A stretch of 64,000 nt of DNA from Woeseiaceae bacterium (GCA_021773055.1 JAJFKV010000044.1:20151-84150); one strand, 5' to 3'; shown: positions 1-10,003, counted from the first letter of the stretch. Numbers and translations are program-made. The notes: generated from the sequence alone by a model not told the origin.

Positions 1-159
1 AACAACAGCGGTCCGAATACGATCGAAAGGCACGCTGACAGTTGCGTTGGCCCAGCGTTTTACCCACGGAGCGGCAAACAGAATAGACGTAATGACGGCT
101 ACACCTATGCCCGCAAATATCAGTTGATTACGGCGCGGATCTCGCGGTGCCAATCGCAC
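1..159 (-). CDS. 5' end of a gene running off the window: short N-terminus plus one TM helix (possibly a HlyD/membrane-fusion-type adaptor)
   Basis: Minus-strand frame from GTG (159-157) reads VRLAPRDPRRNQLIFAGIGVAVITSILFAAPWVKRWANATVSVPFDRIRTAVV with no stop down to position 1. It is absent from the ORF track because it is truncated. The family guess rests only on the N-terminal anchor pattern. Confidence 0.3.
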   Translation of the reverse strand, partial: MRLAPRDPRRNQLIFAGIGVAVITSILFAAPWVKRWANATVSVPFDRIRTAVV

Positions 160-310
160 ATCCTGCGCCGAAGTGTCGGCAATTTTCAGTTTTCTGGCCC
201 CCGGCCTCAAGTCACTTCAACAAATAACGCTTTCCTGACTACTTAGATGCGCCAAAGACGGTTTTGGTTTAATCGGGGGCCATATTGAGACGAAACGTGC
301 GGGGGCGGTG

Positions 311-1423
311 ATGAGCCGTGTGTATTTGGCCCATTTGATCCCTATAATCTCAGTCTTGAAACTTGATTCCCTGGTCCGGAACAGGAGCCGCCTGTTCTGG
401 ATTCTTAATATTGGCGGCTGGTCGGGGTACACGCTTACAGCGTGGCTGGGCGCGTTCGCCCATGAAAAGCCGGAATCGTATTTCGCCGTTATCGCCGCAA
501 CAGCGGTCGCCGGTTTTCTCATTACGGTCCCAATGCGCTATTTGTTCAGGCACTTCTGGACGCGCTCCCCGGTAGTTCTTGCCAGCGTGATGATGTTTTC
601 ATGCTATGTCTTCGGCCTTGGCTGGCGCTGGCTGCACAATGTCCTTTATTACGATTGGGTAAAGAACGATTGGCAGCCCGAGGAACTGATGGATTACGTC
701 GGTGGTGTCATGGGTTCTTTCTACATTCTGTTGTGCTGGAGCGGTCTGTATTTTGGTATCAAGTACTATCAGCAGTTGCAGGAACAAACCGAGCAGACAC
801 TGAAAGCCACCGCGGCCGCACATCAGGCTCAGCTGAAAATGCTGCGCTATCAATTGAACCCGCATTTTTTGTTCAATACGCTGAATGCAATATCAACGCT
901 GATACTTGACGGGTCCAACGACACGGCTAACAAGGCGGTTAGCCGGCTGAGTGACTTCCTGCGCTATACACTCGACAACGATCCATTGAGCCAAGTCACA
1001 TTGGGGTCCGAGTTGGCGGCGCTGGACTTGTATCTTGAGATCGAGAAGGTGCGCTTCGGTGACAGGCTGATTATCGAAAAAATCATCGAGAGCCCGGCCG
1101 AGAAGGCGTTGGTCCCAAGCCTGATACTGCAACCGTTAATCGAAAATGCCATCAAATACGCCATCTCACCCAGTGAGGCGGGAGGTACATTGCGCATATC
1201 AGCGCGGGTGCAACTTGGCGTGCTGGTCATGCAGTTGGCGGACACCGGGCCAGGCCTCGGCAATGGCAAGAGCGAACATAAATCGAGCGGTGTCGGGCTA
1301 AAAAACACCCGTGACAGATTGCTGCAGTTATACGGAGATGGTCAGGCATTCACGCTAGCCCCCAATCATCCGTCGGGCCTGACTATCACGATCAACCTGC
1401 CATTTGAGGATGGTGATGCTTAA
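311..1423 (+). CDS. Sensor histidine kinase, LytS/YehU-type (His_kinase + HATPase_c) with about 4 N-terminal TM helices
   Basis: Motifs LRYQLNPHFLFNTLN (LytS-type H-box region), LILQPLIENAIKYA (N-box), DTGPGL and GVGLKNTRDRL (G-boxes). The N-terminal half is hydrophobic. The start could be GTG 308 or ATG 311. Confidence 0.85.
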   Translation: MSRVYLAHLIPIISVLKLDSLVRNRSRLFWILNIGGWSGYTLTAWLGAFAHEKPESYFAVIAATAVAGFLITVPMRYLFRHFWTRSPVVLASVMMFSCYVFGLGWRWLHNVLYYDWVKNDWQPEELMDYVGGVMGSFYILLCWSGLYFGIKYYQQLQEQTEQTLKATAAAHQAQLKMLRYQLNPHFLFNTLNAISTLILDGSNDTANKAVSRLSDFLRYTLDNDPLSQVTLGSELAALDLYLEIEKVRFGDRLIIEKIIESPAEKALVPSLILQPLIENAIKYAISPSEAGGTLRISARVQLGVLVMQLADTGPGLGNGKSEHKSSGVGLKNTRDRLLQLYGDGQAFTLAPNHPSGLTITINLPFEDGDA

Positions 1424-2225
1424 GGCGCTCATAGTCGATGATGAGCAACTCGCAAGGCGCGGTCTTGAGATTCGCCTGCAGAAGTTCGCAGACATTGAGA
1501 TCTGCGCGCAAAGCCGCAATGGACGTGAGGCGCTGGCGGCAGTACGGGAGCATGCACCCGATATCATGTTTCTCGATGTGCAGATGCCCGGTATGGACGG
1601 CTTCGATGTGCTTCGCAATCTATCGACCAGCAATATGCCGGCCGTCATTTTCGTGACCGCCTATGACGAATTCGCTCTCAAGGCCTTTGATGCCAATGCT
1701 CTCGACTATCTCCTCAAACCGATCAACGATGACCGCCTGGCGGAGGCCATAGAGCGGGCACGTCACGATAGTGATGAGAAACAGGCTGATGAGCACCGCA
1801 CAAAACTCCTGAAGTTTGTCTGCGAGCTGACCGGTCAGGAATTGTCACTTGATGCAGCACTGCAGGCCGCGTCGGGCGATGGGCAGACCTACCCCAGGCG
1901 ACTGGCCATACGTGATGGCAGGGAGACGACCTGCGTCGATGTCGAAGCGATAGACTGGATCGATGCGGCTGGTGATTACATGTGCGTGCATGCGGAAGGC
2001 AATACGCACGTGTTACGGGGTACGATGAAACATCTCGAAGAGTTGCTGAATCCGGAAATCTTCATTCGTGTGCATCGTTCGGCGATAGTGAATCGCCACC
2101 GCGTCAAGTCGATGCGCCCGCATCGTAATGGCGAGTACTTCCTGAGCCTTGAGGGCAACACCGAACTCAAGCTCAGTCGCAAGTACAAATCCAATATTGA
2201 GCGTATCGCGCACCGTTCGTCCTGA
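1416..2225 (+). CDS. LytTR-family response regulator (receiver + LytTR DNA-binding domain)
   Basis: MLKALIVDDE...FLDVQMPGMDG receiver motifs and a C-terminal LytTR-like segment (IRVHRSAIVNRHRV). It overlaps the kinase stop by 8 nt; alternative starts are at 1404 and 1410. Confidence 0.9.
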   Translation: MLKALIVDDEQLARRGLEIRLQKFADIEICAQSRNGREALAAVREHAPDIMFLDVQMPGMDGFDVLRNLSTSNMPAVIFVTAYDEFALKAFDANALDYLLKPINDDRLAEAIERARHDSDEKQADEHRTKLLKFVCELTGQELSLDAALQAASGDGQTYPRRLAIRDGRETTCVDVEAIDWIDAAGDYMCVHAEGNTHVLRGTMKHLEELLNPEIFIRVHRSAIVNRHRVKSMRPHRNGEYFLSLEGNTELKLSRKYKSNIERIAHRSS

Positions 2226-2313
2226 TTTTTGCACGTTTCGTCGAACGCATTGCAACCAAAGGCATGTATCTCTCATCAAAGGAACATTACGTCAATGTTT
2301 TTGGGGAGACGAC

Positions 2314-4467
2314 ATGTCCCGCATTACACGAATTTCAATCGCGGCATTCTTGCTACTGTTGGCTACACCGTCCGTCGCCGCTTACACGGTTAACGGTGAG
2401 CGCAAGTCTTTTGAGATTCATCGCACGCAGTCAGCACCGGTCATTGACGGTCGTCTTGATGACAACGCGTGGAAAAATGCATCAGTCGTAGACGACTTCC
2501 AACAGACGTCACCGCTTGATGGCGCAGCCCCAACGGAATCGACTATCGTCAGGGTGACTTACGATGATGAGTTTCTGTACATCGCCGCGGACTTACGAGA
2601 CAGCAGCCCGGACCAGATCAGCGCCAAGCAGATGATCCAGGGAAAGCTGTTCTTTTCCGATGATCGCTTTTACGTGATGCTCGACAGCTTCAACAGCAAA
2701 CGAAACGACTATTTCTTCCAGGTAAACGCAAACGGTGTTCGTCGTGAGGCGTTAAGGGAAAACAATGCTCGTTTCATCGAAGAATGGGCAACGATTTGGG
2801 AGGCCGAATCAGCAATTCATGAAAATGGCTGGGCGACCGAGATAGCAATTCCGTTCAAGTCCATCTCATTTTCGCCCGACTCCGATACCTGGGGCATTAA
2901 CTTCGGGCGTGGCATTGTTCGCAAGCAGGAACACGTTCTGTGGTCTTCGCATGACCGGCAGGACTGGCCGGCATATAGCGGAGAAGTTAACGGCATCGAG
3001 AATATTGAACAGGGCCTGGGCCTTGACGTCGTACCGTCCATCAATCTCAGTCAGCAACGTGACCTGGTGTTAGGTGGGGACAGCTCGGGTTTTGAACCCT
3101 CTCTTGACGTGCGCTACCGCATTACGCCCTCTCTTAGCGCGACGTTTACGTTGAACACTGATTTTTCGACGGCGGAAGTCGATGAACAGCAGGTCGCACT
3201 CGATCGCTTTTCTCTGTTCTTTCCGGAAAAGCGAGACTTCTTTCTGCAAGACGCCGGCATATTCGAATTCGGCAATATCGACACCAACGGTCGTCCTTTC
3301 TTTTCGCGCCGTATCGGCCTGTCGGGGGACGGGGAAGCCGTTGGCGTTGATGGTGGCATCAAACTGACTGGCCGCGTTGGCGATTTCAGCGTCGGCGCGT
3401 TGGCGATACGCCAGGAAGCTATCGGGAATGTTGAGGCATCGGACCTGCTCGTCGCACGCGGGTCCTATAACGTGCTGGATGAGTCCGCGATTGGCTTCAT
3501 CATGACTCACGGCGATCCGACGTCAAATGACTCGAATTCGGTTATTGGACTGGATTTTCTCTATCGTGATAGCGATGGACCATTTGGCGAAATTTTGACC
3601 GGTAAATTTTGGGCGCAGCAGAGCCGTTCGTCGAACCTGGTTGGCGATGATCAGGCATTTGGCGCGCAGCTCGAGATTCCGAGTGACAAGCTGCAGGTTT
3701 ACGCCGGTGCACAGTTTATTGAAGAGAACTTTCACCCGGCGCTCGGATTCGTCAATCGTCCCGGTATTCGCCGTTTCGATACAGGTGCTCGATATCGCAT
3801 CCGTCCGGAAGAAGGCATGTGGCGTGCTTTGAATAGTCGCATCGACTTTACGCACATTACTGATATGAACGGCGACGTTTTGTCGCAAAAGACGAAAATT
3901 CGACCAATCAGCTTTTACTCTCACCGCGACGACTTCATTTTCATCGATTGGGAACGCAATACTGAGGTCGTACTGGATGAGTTCGATTTATTCGGACGCC
4001 TCAATGTGCCGGTTGGTGAATATAACTTCGACCGAGTGCGGGCCGAGATTGCCACCGGCATGCAACGGCCCTTGCGGGTAGTACTGTCGGTGCAGGACGG
4101 TGGTTTCTTCGGTGGTGACCGGCTTGAAAAATTCGTTGAACTTCAGTGGAATCAGTCCGCGCATTTCTCCATGGGGCTGGCGTTTACCGAGAACGTCGTT
4201 GACCTTCCCAGCGGTAGTTTCACATCGCATCTGGCAAGTTTGCGTACGGACGTAGCATTCGATTCCAAGTGGTCGTGGAGCAATTTCCTGCAATACGACA
4301 ATACGGGTGACGCCTTTGGTATCAACAGCCGATTACGGTATGAGCCCGAGGCTGGCCAGGAAATGATGCTCGTACTAAACCATGGAGGTGTTGTTGATGC
4401 GGCAAATCATCCTTCGAGTACGCAAAGCGATCTCAATCTGAAGGTGTCATACACCTTTCGCTATTAG
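2314..4467 (+). CDS. Secreted/outer-membrane-associated protein with an N-terminal CBM9-like domain (DUF5916-like)
   Basis: Signal peptide MSRITRISIAAFLLLLATPSVAA. The segment IDGRLDDNAWKNASVVDDFQQTSPLDGAAPTESTIVRVTYDDEFLYIAA resembles CBM9/DUF5916 N-termini, and the C-terminal about 500 aa is long and beta-rich. ATG 2314 is chosen over the ORF-track start at 2149 because the signal peptide begins there. Confidence 0.6.
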   Translation: MSRITRISIAAFLLLLATPSVAAYTVNGERKSFEIHRTQSAPVIDGRLDDNAWKNASVVDDFQQTSPLDGAAPTESTIVRVTYDDEFLYIAADLRDSSPDQISAKQMIQGKLFFSDDRFYVMLDSFNSKRNDYFFQVNANGVRREALRENNARFIEEWATIWEAESAIHENGWATEIAIPFKSISFSPDSDTWGINFGRGIVRKQEHVLWSSHDRQDWPAYSGEVNGIENIEQGLGLDVVPSINLSQQRDLVLGGDSSGFEPSLDVRYRITPSLSATFTLNTDFSTAEVDEQQVALDRFSLFFPEKRDFFLQDAGIFEFGNIDTNGRPFFSRRIGLSGDGEAVGVDGGIKLTGRVGDFSVGALAIRQEAIGNVEASDLLVARGSYNVLDESAIGFIMTHGDPTSNDSNSVIGLDFLYRDSDGPFGEILTGKFWAQQSRSSNLVGDDQAFGAQLEIPSDKLQVYAGAQFIEENFHPALGFVNRPGIRRFDTGARYRIRPEEGMWRALNSRIDFTHITDMNGDVLSQKTKIRPISFYSHRDDFIFIDWERNTEVVLDEFDLFGRLNVPVGEYNFDRVRAEIATGMQRPLRVVLSVQDGGFFGGDRLEKFVELQWNQSAHFSMGLAFTENVVDLPSGSFTSHLASLRTDVAFDSKWSWSNFLQYDNTGDAFGINSRLRYEPEAGQEMMLVLNHGGVVDAANHPSSTQSDLNLKVSYTFRY

Positions 4468-5450
4468 CTCCCCCAAAACCGCTCAGTCGGCAGGGTAACA
4501 ATGCCATGGTCATAGACGAGGCCGCCGTCGCGATCTTTCTTGATCAACAACGGGCCATCGATATCGACAAAGTCGCAGAGTTGCGCGATGACATGTGACG
4601 GGGCCATGGACAACGAGGTGCCGCCCATGCAGCCGATCATTACACCAAGATCTTTTTCTCTGGCTGCGCGGGCCAGCTCGAGGCCATGTGTCAGTCCGCC
4701 ACACTTGTCGAGTTTGATGTTAATCATCTGGTAACGGTCAGCTGCAGCGTCAAGTTCGCCAATATGCTGACAGGATTCGTCAGCGCAAAGTGGTGCCGTC
4801 GATTCATAACCCGCAAGCTCCTGGTCTTTACCGCGTGGCAAAGGCTGCTCGATCATGAGTACACCGAGTTCATGAAGCGCGGGAGCGAATTCCTGGAGCT
4901 CAGCGAAGCTCCAGCCCTGATTGGCGTCGACAACCATTCGCGAGTCCGGACGTGCCGTGCGAATGGCAGCGATGCGTTCCACCGGACGATCGTTACCGAG
5001 TTTGACTTTGAATAAGGACAGGTCGGACGCAGCAGTCGCTTTCGCCGCCATTTGCTCTGGCGTATCTTCGAGGCCGATCGTAAAAACAGTCTCGATCGGG
5101 CCCGCTTCAACACCGGCTGTTTGCCAGGCGCTGATACCCGATAATTGTGCCTCGAGATCCCAAAGCGCCGAGTCGGCAGCACAACGTGCTCCACCAGGCG
5201 GCAACAATTCGAGCAAAGCTTGGCGATCGGCACCGTCCGACATTGCGGCCGATATGCTCCGTAGTTGCTCTGCCATCGACTCAAGCGTCTCATTCAAGTA
5301 GTTCACGCCGAGGGCCTCGCCGCGGCCGACGACTCCGTCCTGCTCGATTTCATATACGAGGCATGGGAAGTCGTACCAAACATTAGTCGAAATGCGAAAC
5401 GGGATAATGCTGGGCCACGACTCGACCTGTATTGATAATTTTCGATTCAT
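4464..5450 (-). CDS. dgcA: Enolase-superfamily (MR/MLE) racemase/epimerase of the dipeptide-epimerase family; N-acetyl-D-Glu racemase DgcA-like by context
   Basis: 328 aa with MR/MLE landmarks KVKLG, VVDANQGW, MIEQPL and CADES. It has a 4-nt overlap with the upstream DUF1611 gene. Confidence 0.7.
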   Translation of the reverse strand: MNRKLSIQVESWPSIIPFRISTNVWYDFPCLVYEIEQDGVVGRGEALGVNYLNETLESMAEQLRSISAAMSDGADRQALLELLPPGGARCAADSALWDLEAQLSGISAWQTAGVEAGPIETVFTIGLEDTPEQMAAKATAASDLSLFKVKLGNDRPVERIAAIRTARPDSRMVVDANQGWSFAELQEFAPALHELGVLMIEQPLPRGKDQELAGYESTAPLCADESCQHIGELDAAADRYQMINIKLDKCGGLTHGLELARAAREKDLGVMIGCMGGTSLSMAPSHVIAQLCDFVDIDGPLLIKKDRDGGLVYDHGIVTLPTERFWGS

Positions 5451-6475
5451 GAGGCGTACTTCAAAAGAAAATTCGCAATAGGTGACATCCCGATTGCAAG
5501 TGGATCGACGCAGGGAAGCCCAAGCTCGCTTTGTAATTTTGACAAGTAATTGTCGCGGTCAAAGTCACTCAAAGAGGAGGTGTTCACACTTACTCCGGCA
5601 CAAAAACACTTCGGGTTGGTTCGGCGAGCCATGCGCAAGGCATCGTCAATGACTTCGTCGAGCTCGGGAGTCGGATAGTGACCCACGACGCCCTCGGTTT
5701 CAACGCGTTCGACGTCATGGCAAAGAATAATGGCGTCTGGCTGTGAGCCGTGAAGTAATCCGAGGCTGACACCAGCGTAACTCGGATTAAGCAACGAGCC
5801 CTGACCTTCGATTACATCCCAGTGATCATCGTCATTGTCGGGTGACAATATCTCTGCGGCCCCTGAAATGAAGTCGGCGACAACGGAATCGATCGGCAGG
5901 CCCTCGCCGGCGATCATGATGCCGGTTTGCCCGGAGGCTCTGAAGCTTGCTTTTACTCCTCGGCGCTGGAGTTCGCGATGTAAGGCGAGCGCACTGTACT
6001 TCTTGCCGACGGCACAATCGGTGCCTACCGTCAAAATCCGCTTTCCGGTTCGCGGGCGACCGTCTGCAATGGGAAGATCGGCAGGCGGCATCCGCACGTC
6101 GATCAGCCTGGCGCCGCTTTCGTTGGCAGCGGTAACCAATTCTGCTGTGTCGGAAAGCTTGGTGTGCAGGCCTGCGGCAATGTCGAAACCGGCGGCCGCA
6201 AGTTTGGCAAGCTGTGGGATCCAGTTTTTCGGGATCTGTCCACCCTTCGGTGCGACGCCGACTATGATTGTATTCACGCCGGCATCCTTTGCGCCTTGTA
6301 CCGTCATTTCGGGTAGATCAAGATCGACCGGACAGTCAGGCAAACGCATCTGTCCGATACAGTTTTCCGGCCGCCAGTAGGCGACTCCCGCACCCGTCTT
6401 GGCGTGGTGCATATCCGGGACATCGCCCAGGTAAATCAGGTAAGGCGGTTCAAGGCTGATCTTGGTAATTTTCAT
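5447..6475 (-). CDS. dgcN: DUF1611-family protein (N-acetyltransferase DgcN-like)
   Basis: 342 aa with the BioD-like P-loop variant ILTVGTDCAVGKKYSALAL typical of DUF1611. It is paired and translationally coupled with the enolase-family gene. Confidence 0.65.
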   Translation of the reverse strand: MKITKISLEPPYLIYLGDVPDMHHAKTGAGVAYWRPENCIGQMRLPDCPVDLDLPEMTVQGAKDAGVNTIIVGVAPKGGQIPKNWIPQLAKLAAAGFDIAAGLHTKLSDTAELVTAANESGARLIDVRMPPADLPIADGRPRTGKRILTVGTDCAVGKKYSALALHRELQRRGVKASFRASGQTGIMIAGEGLPIDSVVADFISGAAEILSPDNDDDHWDVIEGQGSLLNPSYAGVSLGLLHGSQPDAIILCHDVERVETEGVVGHYPTPELDEVIDDALRMARRTNPKCFCAGVSVNTSSLSDFDRDNYLSKLQSELGLPCVDPLAIGMSPIANFLLKYAS

Positions 6476-6513
6476 CCAGACTGATCATAAATCACTCGTC
6501 GATGAATAGTCGA

Positions 6514-7737
6514 TCAATCGGTCAGGAATATTGTTGCAGGATGCTCCAGCATTTCCCTGATGCGCTGAATCATTGCCGCCGCGTCGTAGCCATCAACAAA
6601 ACGGTGGTCAAACGACGAAGACAGATTCATCATCAGACGCACGGCGATTTGACCATTAAAAACCATGGGTCGTTCAACAGCCCGGTTAACGCCGATAATA
6701 CCGACCTCTGGCAGGTTGATGACGGGTGTTGATGCGATACCGCCGAGTTTGCCGAGGCTGGTGATCGTGATTGTGCCGCCAGTGAGCTCACTCTTCGTTG
6801 CGCTGTTATCTCGCGCCGCCTGCGTTACGCGTCGGATCTCGGCAGCGAGGCCGTCGATGTCTCTCATCTCGGCATGCCTGACTACAGGAACCTTGAGGCC
6901 ATCCGGCGTTTGCGTTGCTACACCCATATGTACCGCGGCATGTTGCAGCAACACGTTCCGGTCCTTGTCGTAGGTCGAATTACACTGCGGGAATTCCTTT
7001 ATCGCGCGTATCAAAGCGAGTCCCAGGAAAGGTAGCAGCGTTAATCGTTCTGTCGCATCGTTGCGTCGGCTGTTGAGGTGCTTGCGCAGCGCCTCAAGTT
7101 CGGTGATGTCGATTTCCTCAACGTAAGCGAAGTGCGGAATTTCCTGTTTCGCTTTCGTCATGCGCTCGGCAATGATGCGGCGCAGACCGATAACTTTGAT
7201 TTCCTTCACGTCAGTCGATGGTGTTGCCGCTTGCGCGACTGCAATGCCCATCGCCTGCGATTTCAGGAAATTATCGAAGTCCTTGCGTTGGATGCGGCCA
7301 CCCGGACCACTACCCGGTACGAGGCCAAGGTCGATACCCGCTTCTTTGGCGCGCCGGCGAACTGCTGGCGACGTAATAACGCGGCCGCGCGATTCGTCGT
7401 CAGCTGTTGCGGTGGCAACGGGTTCAGCCGCCCGGACTGGCTTTGGCTTTGATTTCTGTTCTTCTACTTTCTTCTCGGCAACCGCCGCCGCTGCACCGTC
7501 GGTTTCAAAAACAACCAGTGCGGCGCCAACTGCAACGATGTCACCTGGCTCACCAGCAAGTTTGACGACGGTACCGCTGATCGGTGAGGCCAGCTCAACC
7601 GCCGCTTTGTCTGTCATCATCGTGCTGACAATCGTTTCTTCCTCGACGAATTCGCCGACCTTTATGAACCATTCACCGATTTCGGATTCAACCGTGCCCT
7701 CACCGAGGTCCGGTAGTTTGAAAATATGTTCGCTCAT
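6514..7737 (-). CDS. bkdB: Branched-chain alpha-keto acid dehydrogenase E2 (dihydrolipoyl transacylase)
   Basis: Lipoyl domain (MMTDKAAVELASP), subunit-binding domain (SPAVRRRAKEAGIDL) and catalytic SSFDHRFVDG. The start at 7737 gives an ATGA overlap with the E1-beta stop. Confidence 0.92.
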   Translation of the reverse strand: MSEHIFKLPDLGEGTVESEIGEWFIKVGEFVEEETIVSTMMTDKAAVELASPISGTVVKLAGEPGDIVAVGAALVVFETDGAAAAVAEKKVEEQKSKPKPVRAAEPVATATADDESRGRVITSPAVRRRAKEAGIDLGLVPGSGPGGRIQRKDFDNFLKSQAMGIAVAQAATPSTDVKEIKVIGLRRIIAERMTKAKQEIPHFAYVEEIDITELEALRKHLNSRRNDATERLTLLPFLGLALIRAIKEFPQCNSTYDKDRNVLLQHAAVHMGVATQTPDGLKVPVVRHAEMRDIDGLAAEIRRVTQAARDNSATKSELTGGTITITSLGKLGGIASTPVINLPEVGIIGVNRAVERPMVFNGQIAVRLMMNLSSSFDHRFVDGYDAAAMIQRIREMLEHPATIFLTD

Positions 7738-8750
7738 TCTGTCTCCATTAATCTTTGGATACCTGCTGACATACGTTTCAGTCCGGGGAAATACTGCCAC
7801 TCGAACGCGTGCGGGTAAGGGGTGTCCCAGCCGGCAACACGAGAGATGGGTGCTTCAAGATGGTAAAAACATTCCTTCTGTAGCGTTGCAGCAAGCTCGG
7901 CCCCGTAGCCGCCGAAGCGAGTGGCTTCATGTGCAATCAGACAGCGACCGGTTTTTTTCACCGAATCAGCGAGCGTCGCGACATCCAATGGTGCCAGCGT
8001 ACGAACATCAATGACTTCGCAGTCAACGCCAGTCTCTTTTGCGGCCGCAATCGCCACATGCACGAGTGTGCCATAGGTGACTATGGTCAATTCGTCACCG
8101 CTGCGCGCGATGTCTGCCTGACCAAGCGGTACTGTGTAATAGCCCTCCGGAACCTCACCTTTCGGATGTGAATTCCAGGAGACCGCCGGTTTTTCGGGGT
8201 CGCCGTCAAACGGACCGTTATAAATGCGCTTGGGTTCGAAGAATATTATCGGATCATCAGATTCGATCGCACTGATGAGCAGCCCCTTGGCGTCGTACGG
8301 GTTGGAAGGCATTACAACCTTGATGCCACTGACGTGGGTGAAAATACCTTCTGGCGATTGCGAGTGCGTCTGGCCACCACGAATACCGCCACCGCAAGGC
8401 GTGCGAATCGTAACGGGCGAGAAAAACTCACCGCCGGTTCGATACCGTATTTTCGCGAGTTCGCTGACGATCTGGTCGAATCCCGGGTAAATGTAATCAG
8501 CAAACTGGATCTCGGCAACGGGTCGCAGACCGTTCACGCCCATGCCAATCGCCGTGCCGATAATGCCGCCCTCGGAGATGGGTGCGTCAATAACGCGATG
8601 TTCACCGTACTTGCGCTGCAGTCCATCCGTACAACGGAAAACACCACCGAAGTAGCCAACGTCTTCACCCAGTACAACCACGGTCGGATCTTTGTCCATG
8701 ACAACGTCATGGGCGGAGCGAATCGCCTCGATCATATTCATGCGCGCCAT
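7734..8750 (-). CDS. bkdA2: Branched-chain alpha-keto acid dehydrogenase E1 beta subunit
   Basis: 338 aa with a typical transketolase-like E1-beta sequence (VVLGEDVGYFGGVFRCTDGLQRKYG; IFFEPKRIY). Confidence 0.92.
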   Translation of the reverse strand: MARMNMIEAIRSAHDVVMDKDPTVVVLGEDVGYFGGVFRCTDGLQRKYGEHRVIDAPISEGGIIGTAIGMGVNGLRPVAEIQFADYIYPGFDQIVSELAKIRYRTGGEFFSPVTIRTPCGGGIRGGQTHSQSPEGIFTHVSGIKVVMPSNPYDAKGLLISAIESDDPIIFFEPKRIYNGPFDGDPEKPAVSWNSHPKGEVPEGYYTVPLGQADIARSGDELTIVTYGTLVHVAIAAAKETGVDCEVIDVRTLAPLDVATLADSVKKTGRCLIAHEATRFGGYGAELAATLQKECFYHLEAPISRVAGWDTPYPHAFEWQYFPGLKRMSAGIQRLMETE

Positions 8751-9991
8751 TACTCGCCCGCCTCGACTTCAAGCATGCGGCGGCGTTGCGACACGAGGTT
8801 CCTCGGCATTTCAGCATAGACGTCGTCGAACATTGTTGCCGGATCGAGCCAGGGACCTTCAGTCATCGTGCCGTGTTTCTGCGCTTCCTTCCACGCGGCA
8901 GTCACCTCAGTTCGCAGTTCATCGACGAGGCTCTCATGCTTTGCATCAGACCAATGGCCTTCGGCAATCATGTACTGTTTCAGCCGCTCAACAGGGTCGC
9001 CCAGTGGGAAGGAGTCCCATTCGTCTTTCGGACGGTACTTCGATGGGTCGTCGCTCGTCGAGTGCGCACCGCCGCGATAGGTCACCAGTTCGATGAGCGT
9101 CGGGCCGGCACCACGGCGTGCGCGATCGGCGGCCCAGAGAGTCGCAGAATACACTGCCAGGAAATCATTACCGTCAACGCGCAGACCAGGAATGCCGAGG
9201 CCAAGTCCGCGGGCGGCAAAGGCTCGCCGTTGTCCTGCTGCTGTGCCCTGAAATGTCGAGATAGCCCATTGATTGTTGACGATGTTTAGAATTACGGGCG
9301 CCTGATAAATGGCTGCAAACGTCAGCGCGTGATGGAAGTCTGCCTCAGAGGTTGTGCCGTCACCCACCCAGGACGCCGCAATATGATCTTCGCCTTTGAT
9401 CGCCGATGCCATCGCCCAGCCCACAGCGTGCGGATACTGCGTGCCAAGGTTGCCGGAGATCGAAAACATGTTGCCGCTCTTGCTGTGATACATGATCGGC
9501 AGCTGCCGGCCCTGGCACATATCGCGAGTATTCGACAGGCACTGGCACATCATTTCGACCAGGTTCATGCCGCGATACATATACAGACCCTGATTTCGAT
9601 AAGAGGGGAAACACATGTCGCCCGAACGCAATGCCATGCCTTGTGCGATTGAAATAGCTTCCTCACCCAACGCCTGCATGTAAAATGAGATTCGACCCTG
9701 GCGCTGGATTTGCCACATGCGCTCATCGAAAACGCGGTTCAACAGCATCCAGCGCAAACCAACCTGCAATTGAGCTTTGTCGAACCCCGGGTCCCATGAA
9801 CCCTTAGCCGTGTGGTCGTCATCCAGTACACGAATAAGGCCGCTACTCAGGTGGTGGATATCCCGGTTGCGGGCGTCGAGCGGTGGTTTTTCGACACTAC
9901 CGGCCGGCGAGAGATCGAGGTAACTGAAGTCTGGTTCCTCGCCCGGTCTCGCGGTGGGTCTCGGGATTTGCAGTCGTGATTTAGTAATCAT
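8750..9991 (-). CDS. bkdA1: Branched-chain alpha-keto acid dehydrogenase E1 alpha subunit (TPP-dependent)
   Basis: 413 aa with TPP motif WVGDGTTSEADFHHALTFAAIYQAPVILNIVNNQWAIST. It has a 1-nt overlap with E1 beta. Confidence 0.92.
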   Translation of the reverse strand: MITKSRLQIPRPTARPGEEPDFSYLDLSPAGSVEKPPLDARNRDIHHLSSGLIRVLDDDHTAKGSWDPGFDKAQLQVGLRWMLLNRVFDERMWQIQRQGRISFYMQALGEEAISIAQGMALRSGDMCFPSYRNQGLYMYRGMNLVEMMCQCLSNTRDMCQGRQLPIMYHSKSGNMFSISGNLGTQYPHAVGWAMASAIKGEDHIAASWVGDGTTSEADFHHALTFAAIYQAPVILNIVNNQWAISTFQGTAAGQRRAFAARGLGLGIPGLRVDGNDFLAVYSATLWAADRARRGAGPTLIELVTYRGGAHSTSDDPSKYRPKDEWDSFPLGDPVERLKQYMIAEGHWSDAKHESLVDELRTEVTAAWKEAQKHGTMTEGPWLDPATMFDDVYAEMPRNLVSQRRRMLEVEAGE

Positions 9992-10003
9992 GCGTGCTTC
10001 CTG

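Noticed and set aside
217-522. 101-aa minus-strand ORF at the window start
   Set aside because: It overlaps the histidine kinase N-terminus in antisense and has no recognisable features. The kinase frame is supported by its C-terminal catalytic motifs.
2149-2313. N-terminal extensions in the ORF track (also 40441-40683, 63011-63358, 60898-61059, 11057-11149, 7738-7800, 31396-31425, 35950-35988, 43641-43679)
   Set aside because: The extensions overlap neighbouring genes or precede obvious signal peptides or conserved N-termini. Internal starts give canonical start/stop coupling (ATGA) or RBS-like sequences.
4464-4467. 4-nt overlap of the convergent stop codons of the DUF5916 gene and the dgcA-like gene
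   Set aside because: This is real in the sequence but a common compaction feature. No hairpin or other element is present, so nothing further can be inferred.
7160-8014. 284-aa plus-strand ORF, with similar long ORFs at 15731-16393, 21482-22039, 24526-25035, 5835-6380 and 51553-52107
   Set aside because: All lie antisense to, or out of frame within, genes with strong family motifs (bkd, cytochromes, oxidoreductase, DUF1611, dsbA). Their translations are low-complexity and Arg/Ser/Ala/Pro-rich, as expected for shadow ORFs in GC-rich DNA.
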